From NCBI GenBank assembly GCA_002269645.1, contig NIVC01005065.1:1-27372 (forward strand): DNA of 27,372 nucleotides, in the 5' to 3' direction. This stretch comes from Macrostomum lignano (Eukaryota). The translations under genes were made by a program, and so were the position numbers. Of this stretch, positions 1 to 11,243 are shown one piece after another. The notes beneath the pieces are model-generated. The model was not told the origin of the DNA. It was given only the letters and a program-made list of their open reading frames with translations, and made no database searches. Position 1 is the first letter of the stretch; every line of letters starts with the position of its first letter.

Positions 1-830
1 AAAATTCTGTCAAATTGATGGGTGAGCAGAAGAGGTCTTCAACAAAGGAAGGCTTCAATTTTCCCAAAATTATAAATTTACAAGAATGAAACTCCCCGCT
101 CATTAGGAAGTCGCTACTAGGTAGCAAGCATGTTCTAAGGATAAGAATGAGTCTGTGTTGTCCAGAGCTCGCTCATTATCTCGGCCATCCTTGAACGCTT
201 TGTCCCTGACGTCACTTATCTCGCCTTCTACCTGTAGCAGTATTAAAATTACTAATCAAGCTAACATACTCTCACATAGGTTTTACATTCATTGACCTGG
301 ACTGTCCAATTTAGTTCATTTCTCGCTTGCCCATACTCAGTAAGTTCACAGGTGAGGATGCAACGCCTTCTATAGTGTTTGCGGTAATTCCTGGTTGACA
401 CGCATCAGTTCTACCCGGTTGAGCGCTTTGTGCTCATTCGGCTTTTCAACGGGCACGCGGATGCGGGGGAGGATTAAGGTGCCGGCTTACCATCAATCGC
501 CGGCTCAGCTCACCTTTTTGCATGCAATTCAGCGGCTGAGTTGTTTTTAAAAGACAAGCAGCCCTTTTGTTCATAGTCGGTTGCATCTATTTCTACATTT
601 TCACTTTGCCTTGCGTGACAGTCGGCTTCTCTTGCGCTCATTCTATTATTCTTCTTTTCTTCTAAAAGCGGATAGAAAGCGCGATCATGACTCTATCCCG
701 GGCCTCGGAGAACTGCCTTCTGTTTAACCCATGTAGCCTCCACGTCTTGCTATTCAGCATTAGACTGACGGATAAATTGATGATGTGTTTATCTATATAG
801 CTCGCATGTGGACTATAATTATCAGCAATA

Positions 831-2519
831 CACTTTTCCGTTCAATTTCAACAAACTCCCATTCTATTTCGCAAGCTGACATTCAATTTCATCATTCTAT
901 ATTTAGCTACTTCAACCGTCATTCCAATTCGTCAAGCGGCATTCAATTTCGGCAATTGGATATTCTATTTCCTACCATAGTAAGGGTGCTAATTTGTCTA
1001 TGGACAAAACTTGCTCCTGCATGCTGATTTCCCATTCAATTTCGGCAATTGGATATTCTATTTCCTACCATAGTAAGGGTGCTAATTTGTCTATGGACAA
1101 AACTTGCTCCTGCATGCTGATTTCCCATTCAATTTCGGCAATTGGATATTCTATTTCCTACCATAGTAAGGGTGCTAATTTGTCTATGGACAAAACTTGC
1201 TCCTGCATGCTGATTTCCCATTCAATTTCGGCAATTGGATATTCTATTTCCTACCATAGTAAGGGTGCTAATTTGTCTATGGACAAAACTTGCTCCTGCA
1301 TGCTGATTTCCCATTCAATTTCGGCAATTGGATATTCTATTTCCTACCATAGTAATGGTGCTAATTTGTCTATGGACAAAACTTGCTCCTGCATGCTGAT
1401 TTCCCATTCAATTTCGGCAATTGGATATTCTATTTCCTACCATAGTAAGGGTGCTAATTTGTCTATGGACAAAACTTGCTCCTGCATGCTGATTTCCCAT
1501 TCAATTTCGGCAATTGGATATTCTATTTCCTACCATAGTAAGGGTGCTAATTTGTCTATGGACAAAACTTGCTCCTGCATGCTGATTTCCCATTCAATTT
1601 CGGCAATTGGATATTCTATTTCCTACCATAGTAAGGGTGCTAATTTGTCTATGGACAAAACTTGCTCCTGCATGCTGATTTCCCATTCAATTTCGGCAAT
1701 TGGATATTCTATTTCCTACCATAGTAAGGGTGCTAATTTGTCTATGGACAAAACTTGCTCCTGCATGCTGATTTCCCATTCAATTTCGGCAATTGGATAT
1801 TCTATTTCCTACCATAGTAAGGGTGCTAATTTGTCTATGGACAAAACTTGCTCCTGCATGCTGATTTCCCATTCAATTTCAACATGAAGGTACGAGAGCA
1901 GAGGCAGAAGTGGCTTTATGGGTTGCGTCAGATGGACACAATCCTGTCCGTTATCATGCGCGTCAAGAAGGCGGTTCTGTCTCTCGTCCGTAATGGACCT
2001 TAGGGTTCAACCTCATCATCTTTGTCACCGATTTCTTCTTCATCTCCTGCTTCTTCGAACATCTCCTTGTCGCTCATTCTTCTTGATTTGTACAGTAATA
2101 TCTTTTCAAAATGAATTCAGTGTATGCTCCCGTACATGAAACAAAATTATGTCTTCTGGAAGCGAACTTGAAGGAGAGCACTCGGTTTAAAGAGGGATGC
2201 TATAGAGAGCCTCAGACAGTTACAGTATTTGTTGTTAGCTTGGGAGGGGGCTACTGAAGATTGTTAAAGTAAACTAAAAAACAGCGCGCTAAAAATATTG
2301 TGTTGAAATTGAATGCAGTAACTTGCAGGAGCAAGTTTTATCCATAGACAGAATGAACGCTCTTAATTTGATATGAAATAGAATATCCGATTGCTGAAAT
2401 TGAATGGGTCAATGACGAATTGGAATGACGGTTGAAGTAGCTAAATATAGAATGATGAAATTGAATTTCAGCTTGCCGAAATAGAATGCGAGTTTTGTTG
2501 AAATTGAACGGAAAAAGTG
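831..2519. mobile_element. Non-autonomous TIR DNA transposon (MITE/foldback-like) with ~220-bp imperfect terminal inverted repeats
   Basis: The reverse complement of 2301-2519 (CACTTTTTCCGTTCAATTTCAACAAAACTCGCATTCTATTTC...CATTCAATTTCAACA) aligns with 831-1033 plus 1871-1884, at roughly 80-90% identity by eye. Both ends are CAC...GTG flanked by TA (829-830, 2520-2521), and CAA lies outside these on both sides (826-828, 2522-2524). The arms carry many ATTC(A/T)ATTTC subrepeats. There is no transposase ORF. The superfamily (CMC/EnSpm-like or Tc1-like) is inference from the termini only. Confidence 0.85.
941..1870 (+). repeat. Tandem array of 10 copies of a 93-bp unit inside the left TIR
   Basis: The unit ATTCAATTTCGGCAATTGG...CATGCTGATTTCCC starts at 941, 1034 ... 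1778, and a partial ATTCAATTTC follows at 1871. Copies are identical except for one G>T near 1356. The 31-aa periodicity of ORF 994-1887 reflects this unit. Confidence 0.97.
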
Positions 2520-3260
2520 TACAACCTTATATTCGTGCAAGAAATGCAACAAAATTGCAAGAAAATTCCTGGCAACAATAGCGAAATGCTCTATGTTAGA
2601 GACATACTGGGTGTTGGAGTTGAGCATAATATCTATGGTAGAAGTCTGTTTCTGATGAGTTGATGGGTAGATAGTTGAGTCGTAAACCAACGAGTTCAAT
2701 TACCACACTGGGATGTTCTCTTCTTGAGAATGCTGATTGCTGAATGTCAAGCGAGAAGCTTAAATGTTTAAATTCTGAATCAGCAATCGGTAGCTACCTT
2801 TAGGTGGTAGGTCTAGGCGGTAGAAATCCCCAACCTACGCCAAAGATGCTCTCAATGAGCTGAGAGAACTTTAACAAGAAGCGATTCCGAAGTCGTTGCC
2901 TGGAAGAACAGCGGTCTAAAGAGTCTGCTATCCATTTTCGTGACCTTCTGAATTCTAAATTGTCAATCTAACTGGTGTTTGCAGTAGTTTTTTTAGAGTG
3001 AAACTAGCAGTTCAACTGAAGTTCCAAACGGACATTAAAACCGTAAAAAGGTGCAGTTGAACTCACAAAATCTGCCCCCCCCCAGCCTTCTGCCTGTTCT
3101 GTGTATCTGTTGCACATTCAGTTAGGAATAGGAAGATCGCTCCTTGCTAAAAGAATATCTATGGTAGGAAAACAGTGCATACCATCCCAGGCACGGAGAT
3201 GGTTCAAAACTCGACACGAAGGATTTGAATATGAAGGATTACTACAGCCGCTAAGCCTAC

Positions 3261-3668
3261 CTGGATTCCAGACTGCCAATTAAACAGTCGCCAGATCAGG
3301 CATGGCAGGTTGAACAGGAAAGCTTGAATCAGCAGCACCAGCGGCACCCACTGGTAGTAGCCAATGGTCTGTTGGTAGCGCTCAATGCTGTCTTTGGGGT
3401 AATTAACATTCCCGGGGTTTATAAAGTAGGTGCTGGTGATCCAGCAGACGTTCTCCGTGTACTCCTCCTGTGCCCTGGTGAACTCGGTCGGCACCCAGCA
3501 GGCGATGGGCTTGCCGATGTACTGCCTGCATGAAATGACGAGTGAGAACACCACAATTATTGCCGTAGTGAAGGTGTGCGAAATTCGGTCAGCAAAGTCG
3601 TCATCTTTGCGCAGCCGTGCCGAGTCGAGCTTGAACTTGGACAGGCCGGTAACGAAGGCGGTGTCCAT
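3261..3668 (-). CDS. inx: Innexin A, first coding exon (136 codons; N-terminus, TM1, EL1, TM2)
   Basis: The translation MDTAF...DDDFADRISH...SCRQYIGKPIACWVP.EFT..QEEYTENVCW...YYQWVP.VL..QA.LF..P..IWR contains diagnostic innexin motifs, including both EL1 cysteines. The ATG is at 3668; the ORF-track start at 3686 is a GTG. A phase-0 donor CAG|GTAGGC lies at 3261/3260 after WQSGIQ. The paralogue number cannot be assigned. Confidence 0.95.
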
Positions 3669-3719
3669 TGGGAAGGCGCCAGTCACATGCTCGAAGTTTC
3701 TGCAGTTTTGGTGAGGATT

Positions 3720-3750
3720 CTTAAGATAAAGATATTAAAATAGTCATTTT
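3720..3750 (-). promoter_or_regulatory. Probable 3' splice (cis or trans) acceptor upstream of the innexin A start
   Basis: The minus strand reads TGACTATTTTAATATCTTTATCTTAAG|AATCC, a T-rich tract ending in AG 51 nt before the ATG. Confidence 0.45.
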
Positions 3751-3800
3751 AGTAGCTTCCAATACACGGCTAATAGATTGTAGTAAAATAATTATTTGCT

Positions 3801-3975
3801 AATATTCAGCCGCAGGGCTTTGGGTGTTGGAGCAAGTCAAAATGACAGTCGATTTAATACGCCCATTCCACTGACCCCAGAGCGAACAAGGGCACGCGCT
3901 CACAAGGGTGTACAGCGGCACTGACTTTCTCAACGTCAGACAGTGTACACAATCTGTGCCTTAGTGTTGTCGTTT
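3801..3975. repeat. Unnamed dispersed repeat, copy 1, with hairpin core 3891-3960
   Basis: It shares AATATTC..AGGGCT..TTGG.GCAA..GCCCATTCC..CGCTC..AGGGTGTACAG..CTGACTTTC..GTCAG..TGTG.CTT with 15535-15730. The hairpin core is also shared with 17190-17256. Confidence 0.8.
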
Positions 3976-6691
3976 ACAGACTGGCATTATTAAGCTTCAA
4001 CAATTAATTTGACCGCATTCAGAGTCAGTCGCTAACACAAATTTTGGTCGACTTTTATAACGACTAAACTTAAAGAACGTAGGGCTACGTAGCTTGTACT
4101 TTAGGCCATCGGATATTACGATGTGTGCAAGTCATCGAGGTTGATAGTTGATGCCTTACGAGTGTTCCAAACTTGACTGCTTGCCAACTTTCATATCGGA
4201 CACTGATAGGCTGCTTGTGCTTTTGAGAAGCTCAGCAACGGGAAGAAATTGTAAGTACGCTCGTAGGCTTAAAAAGGGGAGTTTAAAATCTTACAAAACC
4301 GTGTTTTCCCATGCGCTATCGGTTGAAAGAAAGCTTTCCACTTCGTTGGTTAATTCACTTTGAGAGAAGCTTAAACGGAATTGATCAGCACAGGATCTTT
4401 CCTGAAATTAACAGAAATGATTGCAGAAGCAAAAGACCTTTTGCAATGTTGAAATAATAAACTGTTTTTGACTAGATCAGCCATACTTGTTTGTCCACAA
4501 AGTCCTTATTCGACAATAAACGCCTGATCGGTTAAATAAAATGCAGTTGCTCACTAAAACGGGTAACGGTTGGAATTATTTTTATCAGCCACAACTAAAC
4601 CACTTTGTCGCCATTCAGCCATCAGTTTCAGGGTCCTGCAAGAGAGCGTGACAGCAGCAGAGAGCTGATATTGAATAATTAACGAGGGCTCATCATTCCT
4701 ACTTTGGGGGTTGCAGGACGGCGACTGAGAGGCTGGAAGTTTTTTGCTAGAATCGTTATCAAAGTTTTTTTTTCTAGGCGTTGATCCCCAGGGGCAGGGT
4801 GATGCATTTAGCCTAAAACGGCTGCGTTGACTTTGGGGCAGCAGTTTTAGTTTCCATCCACTACCCCCCCCCAGTGCCACACTTCAGGATTTATTTCAAT
4901 TTAAAGGGCTACCTAGCGGTTTTACAATCGGATGGTTCTGTAGGCTTGCACTGGATAGTATATTACCTTAGCTGCAGCTTCATCCACAAAAATAGTTTTA
5001 TTTCATAGTTAAAAAATGAGTTGACTGTATTGAAGATCAAATAGACATCAAAACCGTTAATTAAGCAATTGATAAGAATCGCTTGGTCCCGAGCGGGTTC
5101 TCGGCCGACGTTTATCTCCCAAAACAAGCCTCATCGCTTCCCGCGAGTTCTCTTTGCTACCGTCGATTGAGCCGGATCGATGGAATCCCCTCTGGGATCC
5201 ATCTTCAACGATGGGGAGGAGTAGCGCGCGAGAAGAGATGGAGATTAGACTGGGCGAAGTCTTGAGGCCGGGTCAATAGAGTATTTAACTAGCATTTCTA
5301 GCAGCAGGCCTTACTGGACTCTCCAATGCTGCTCTGAACACTCTGGGCTGGTCCTTCTCTTTGCTGACACTCCAAGCTTCGACCTGATATCTAATCACTG
5401 GATATCCGGGTCAGAGATTGGACAGCTGCCCCCAGTAACTGGCATATGCAAGTGCTGGGAGCTGAATAACTGCCCTCTAGGGGGGGAGTCTGTCGGGTCC
5501 GCCCGCCTATCTTCCAACCAGAAGCCTGAAAGGATCAATCCGATTGGAAATTCTTTATTGGGCCCAAGTTCCTCTTCTCCGCTAGCCGGCTTCAAGCTTT
5601 AAACAGGTTCAATTGTGTACTACGAAGTATCAACTGTGCTGATTTTACGAGCATTATGTAGTGTGAGGGGATGGGGCTGAAAAAGCGCGTGACAGGAGTG
5701 CACTGGGCGCGCAAAAACCGACAATTTTGTCAATGTACTTATCAAACAATGAGCAGCACTTTATTCTGATACTTTTACGAATTAATTTTATGAAGAATTC
5801 ATTCTGGCAAGCTTCCACTCTCCGTCATATCCAGCTGCCAGTTTTGCTTCCCAATCATTTGAAGCTCGCGCGTCCGTCACACGACTTGACTTCTAAGTTC
5901 GTTTCCAGCTGGGCCACCAATTGGCTTCATCAAACAAGAATGGGAAGCTGGAACCGAAGGCTGCCAAGATAGGGGCAGAGAAGGAGCCAGCGAGGGACTG
6001 AAGGAAAGCTATAGAAGGGAATTAATTGACCCACGTATCGCCTTTCATCGCTGCCAACGTACGGCCCAGGTACCCGTGCAGGTCTGAAAGGTGTAACGCC
6101 GGCCGTACTCGCCAAAATTAGGACATTAATTCCATCTGACTCTGTCTAATCCGTTCCAACTCTTCTGGCACAAAGAGGAATTAAGAAACCGAGCCAAGCT
6201 GCAGAAAAAACCCGAAGACTGCTGTCTCTCTCTCCTCTGAGACTCAATGGCTTCTGAGCTGCATCTCTCTTGGACTCTTTTAGCCACCTCCAAATGCCGA
6301 AGGCGAAGGGACGCTGGAGCCCCGCCCTCTTGCGTCTTTTAGAATCCCTACCCATGCCGACGGATCCACTTCCCTGCGCGCTCGGCTGTGTGTCATTCGG
6401 ACTCCCTGTGCAGCTCACGGCTTCCTCGTATCCTCATCGTGTAGCGTCCGCAACCGTACGTTTCAATTGCTCCCGGGACAGTGGGGAAATAAGCGCAAGA
6501 AAATGACAAGATCAAAGGGAGAAATTTTGACTCGCTTCAGTGAGCACCGGCGCCTGGCGCTGTAATCGCCCTGCTGCCCTTCCTCATCGCCACTGCGGCA
6601 CTCTTGAGCAGCGACGGCCGGCTCGAGCGATTGCTCAACTGAGGAAGCTGAAGTGCTTTTCACTTCCACTCTGTGTACTACTGCCACATTT

Positions 6692-7259
<568 letters not shown>

Positions 7260-7493
7260 TTTTATTTCCTGACAAAATTTAAAAAAGCAAGTTTGCGTGA
7301 CTCACCTTCAAATTCCAACTACTCTTATTTGCGACGCCGATAAAACAAAAATATTAATAACTTGCGCAGCCTAGACAGACTTCCAAATGAACGGCGAAGA
7401 GATATGGATAAATGCTCCCACAACCTCGGAGCCTCACTTGCGACCACCTCTTATTCAGCCCGAATTATGGGAAGGCAGACAGGGGTGGGAGAA

Positions 7494-7540
7494 AGGAAGA
7501 GAGAGAGATAGAGTGAGAGAGAGAGAGAGAGAGTGAGAGG
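7494..7540 (+). repeat. Short (GA)n microsatellite
   Basis: Imperfect GAGAGA run. Confidence 0.8.
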
Positions 7541-7766
7541 GAAAATGCAAGTGGCAAAACTATAATTCTTAGAATAGTCTAGCCAGAGTCTAGCTAATTT
7601 TGCCTCTTTGTGGCTTACTACGAGCGCACGAATCACTCGCTCCCTCGCCAACCGCTCATCTCGCTCTGTCAAACCTCTGAGCCCTGGGCCCGACTCGCTG
7701 ACCCCTTGGTAAGAAAATGCGATGACTGGAGTTGGTCACCCGAATGTCTTGCTTTAATTGAATGCC

Positions 7767-8462
7767 CACACTCACACCAGAACTCACTCACTAACACCAG
7801 AACTCACTCACTAAACCAGAACTCACTCATACTAACATTCACACCAGCACTCACTCACACCAGCATTCACTCACACCAGCACTCACTCACACCAGCACTC
7901 ACTCACACCAGCACTCACTCACACCAGCACTCACTCACACCAGCACTCACTCACACCAGCACTCACTCACACCAGCACTCACTCACACCAGCACTCACTC
8001 ACACCAGCACTCACTCACACCAGCACTCACTCACACCAGCACTCACTCACACCAGCACTCACTCACACCAGCACTCACTCACACCAGCACTCACTCACAC
8101 CAGCACTCACTCACACCAGCACTCACTCACACCAGCACTCACTCACACCAGCACTCACTCACACCAGCACTCACTCACACCAGCACTCACTCACACCAGC
8201 ACTCACTCACACCAGCACTCACTCACACCAGCACTCACTCACACCAGCACTCACTCACACCAGCACTCACTCACACCAGCACTCACTCACACCAGCACTC
8301 ACTCACACCAGCACTCACTCACACCAGTACTCACTCACACCGGCACTCACTCACACCAGCACTCACTCACACCAGCACTCACTCACACCAGCATTCACTC
8401 ACACCAGTACTCACTCACACCGGCACTCACTCACTCACACCAGCACTCACTCACACCAACAT
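7767..8462 (+). repeat. 16-bp minisatellite (ACCAGCACTCACTCAC), ~43 copies
   Basis: Directly visible tandem unit with degenerate copies at both ends. Confidence 0.97.
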
Positions 8463-8953
8463 TCACGTTCGTCAAGAGGTGAGATAGGATGAGATGAGAA
8501 CAGTGACGCGTAATTGAGAGGCAATCCTAGCCGAGAGATACAATCTAACCTAGCTTTCTGGCGGATGCAATCGCTGTTTTGCACAGGAAATTGGTAGCTC
8601 TTGAAGGGATTGAGTCAAATAAAATATCAACGCAAAGATGCCGTGGGCTCAGAAATAGAAACATGTCAAAGCTCAAAGGTTTTGCATATTACTTTAAAAG
8701 TCCCCATACTGACAGGATGCGAAGGGCTGTCAATGCGATCACCCAGAGAATTGAATTGTTGAAGTCAACAGAAGCGGCTCTTGAGGATTCTGTATTGAAA
8801 TTAGCGGCAGAAAAACTCCTATCTATCTGGAAAAGTCCGTGAAGTTGAGCTGTACTATTAAATTGATTTGAACTTTGATTAAAAAAAAGCCGCAATTTTA
8901 TCTGGCTGCTTGCCTCTTAGCTGTCGCCTTGAGGAGCCAAAGCCTCAGTAAGG

Positions 8954-9608
8954 CCAGAGAGTGTGGTCAGAGACAGTCTAACCCCAGGAAGTATGGTCAG
9001 AGACAGTCTAACCCCAGGAAGTATGGTCAGAGACAATGTAACCCCAGAGAGTATGGTCAGAGACAATGTAACCCCCAGAGAGTATGGTCAGAGACAATGT
9101 AACCCCCAGAGAGTGTGGTCAGAGACAATGTAAGCCCCAGAGAGTGTGGTCAGAGACAATGTAAGCCCAGAGAGTATGGTCAGAGACAATGTAAGCCCAG
9201 AGAGTATGGTCAGAGACAATGTAACCCCCAGAGAGTATGGTCAGAGACAATGTAACCCCCAGAGAGTGTGGTCAGAGACAATGTAAGCCCCAGAGAGTGT
9301 GGTCAGAGACAATGTAAGCCCAGAGAGTATGGTCAGAGACAATGTAAGCCCAGAGAGTATGGTCAGAGACAATGTAAGCCCAGAGAGTATGGTCAGAGAC
9401 AATGTAAGCCCAGAGAGTATGGTCAGAGACAATGTAAGCCCAGAGAGTATGGTCAGAGACAATGTAAGCCCAGAGAGTATGGTCAGAGACAATGTAAGCC
9501 CAGAGAGTATGGTCAGAGACAATGTAAGCCCAGAGAGTATGGTCAAGGACAATGTAAGCCCAGAGAGTATGGTCAAGGACAATGTAACCCCCAGAGAGTA
9601 TGGTCAGA
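8954..9608 (+). repeat. 30-31-bp minisatellite (CCCAGAGAGTATGGTCAGAGACAATGTAAG), ~21 copies
   Basis: Directly visible tandem unit with variant copies at the ends. Confidence 0.97.
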
Positions 9609-10051
9609 ATTGATGAGCATCGCATCAAATATCTACAGCGCTCCGGCTATTCACGTTTTTCTAACCCACTAGGCAAAAAGCATTCAGAAATTACACGCAC
9701 AAATGGCTAGAAATATAAAGAATGTAGTCAGTATGAATAATGCCGCGCGCTATCACTTACCGGGTGCGATGCGTCCTATACATCACTCGAAACCTGACAT
9801 TCCGTTGAAGTGACTCCCGTTGATGGCTGTCTAAACTGGCGAATTCTGTTTAAACAATACCCCCGGTTCAAGTTTGTGCATGAGTAGCTGGCAGATGAGA
9901 TGAGGCTCAGTTTTATGACGCTACGGCCACTGCTCAGGACGGGCCAGTTGCTACCCAGGGATTGGCTAGCGGCAGATTGCTCAGTTCCTCAAGTCCCCCC
10001 GCTCAAAACAGCTTTTCCCCGCAGTCACCGCGTTCTTGGTTGGATAGACAT

Positions 10052-10454
10052 GTGTGGTTCACACCCATAAGTGTGGTTCACACCCATAAGTTTGGTTCAC
10101 ACTCATAAGTGTGGTTCACACCCATAAGTGTGGTTCACACCCATAAGTTTGGTTCACACTCATAAGTGTGGTTCACACCCATAAGTGTGGTTCACACCCA
10201 TAAGTGCGGTTCAACCCAAAAGTGCGGTTCTGGTTCCAACCCATAAGTGTGGTTCACACCCATAAGTGTGGTTCACACCCATAAGTGTGGTTCACACCCA
10301 TAAGTGTGGTTCCAACCCATAAGTGTGGTTCACACCCATAAGTGTGGTTCACACCCATAAGTGTGGTTCACACCCATAAGTGTGGTTCCAACCCATAAGT
10401 GTGGTTCCCACCCATAAGTGTAGTTCACACCCATAAGTGTGGTTCACACCCATA
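10052..10454 (+). repeat. 19-bp minisatellite (GTGTGGTTCACACCCATAA), ~21 copies
   Basis: Directly visible tandem unit; each copy contains the inverted repeat GTGTG-GTT-CACAC. Confidence 0.97.
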
Positions 10455-11243
10455 GTTTTTGTCAGCCACGATGTTCCTTCAGACAGACTTTATGCTACTT
10501 GCTAACTCGTAAAAAGTTAATTCATTGTCCCTTTATTGTCTCTACTGGCGCTCCGCATAGAGTACTCTAATTAGACTTTGCTGGCCGGGAATTGAATCAA
10601 GGAACGGCCAAGTGTTAAGCGCGTAAGAAGCTGCCCAGCAGAGAGGACATCAAGGAGGGGATGCTGGAGGGGATGCAAAAGTCCGCCCTCCATCACGGCC
10701 GGCGCCCTTCAATCAGGGTTGCTCTGAATTCGCTAAGAAAATCGATTGGACTGGAAGAATTAGCGCGAACGTAATCAAGTCCGAAGTGTGAACAGAAATT
10801 ATGTTGGAACCGAAAAATCAGTTCTTTGGCATTAGTGGAAACAAACTTTACTTTACGCTTTACGCTACTAAAAGTAGGATACTAAAGTAGTGCCTTTGGG
10901 CTGTAAAACGCAATTGAAAATAAGTTCGCCCGAGAGGCAAAAAAGCACCTGCTCATTCCTTTCCTCTTCAAGCACTCATATCCGAAACCCCCATTATGCA
11001 GTTAGTCCCTCTAATAGTAGACACCATTCCAAGCAGCGGGGCTTTCAGTTTGAATGTACGCTTGACTCCATTCTTGAATTTTGGCACAAGGGACAGAAAA
11101 AATGAAAAAAACTTGCGTGCACACACGACCCCCTTGCTTAATATCAATAACTTTGTCTGCGGGCTGGAGGGCAACGGCTTTGCGGGCGACTTCTGAACCT
11201 CTGCTTTGAGCTAGATCGTAAGGAAGGCAAGAAGCAATTAACC

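Noticed and set aside
103-231. Candidate innexin A exon 2 (TACAG|VEGEISDVRDK...) on the minus strand
   Set aside because: The acceptor is reasonable, but the frame ends in a stop after 42 codons with no good donor and no innexin motif.
8579-8842. 87-aa ORF (KLKGFAYYFKSP...AAEKLL) vaguely like a transposase fragment
   Set aside because: It has no diagnostic motif or TIRs; a profile search would be needed.
8954-10454. CRISPR-like appearance of the 30-bp and 19-bp repeats
   Set aside because: The units are head-to-tail with no unique spacers, there are no cas genes, and the context is eukaryotic.
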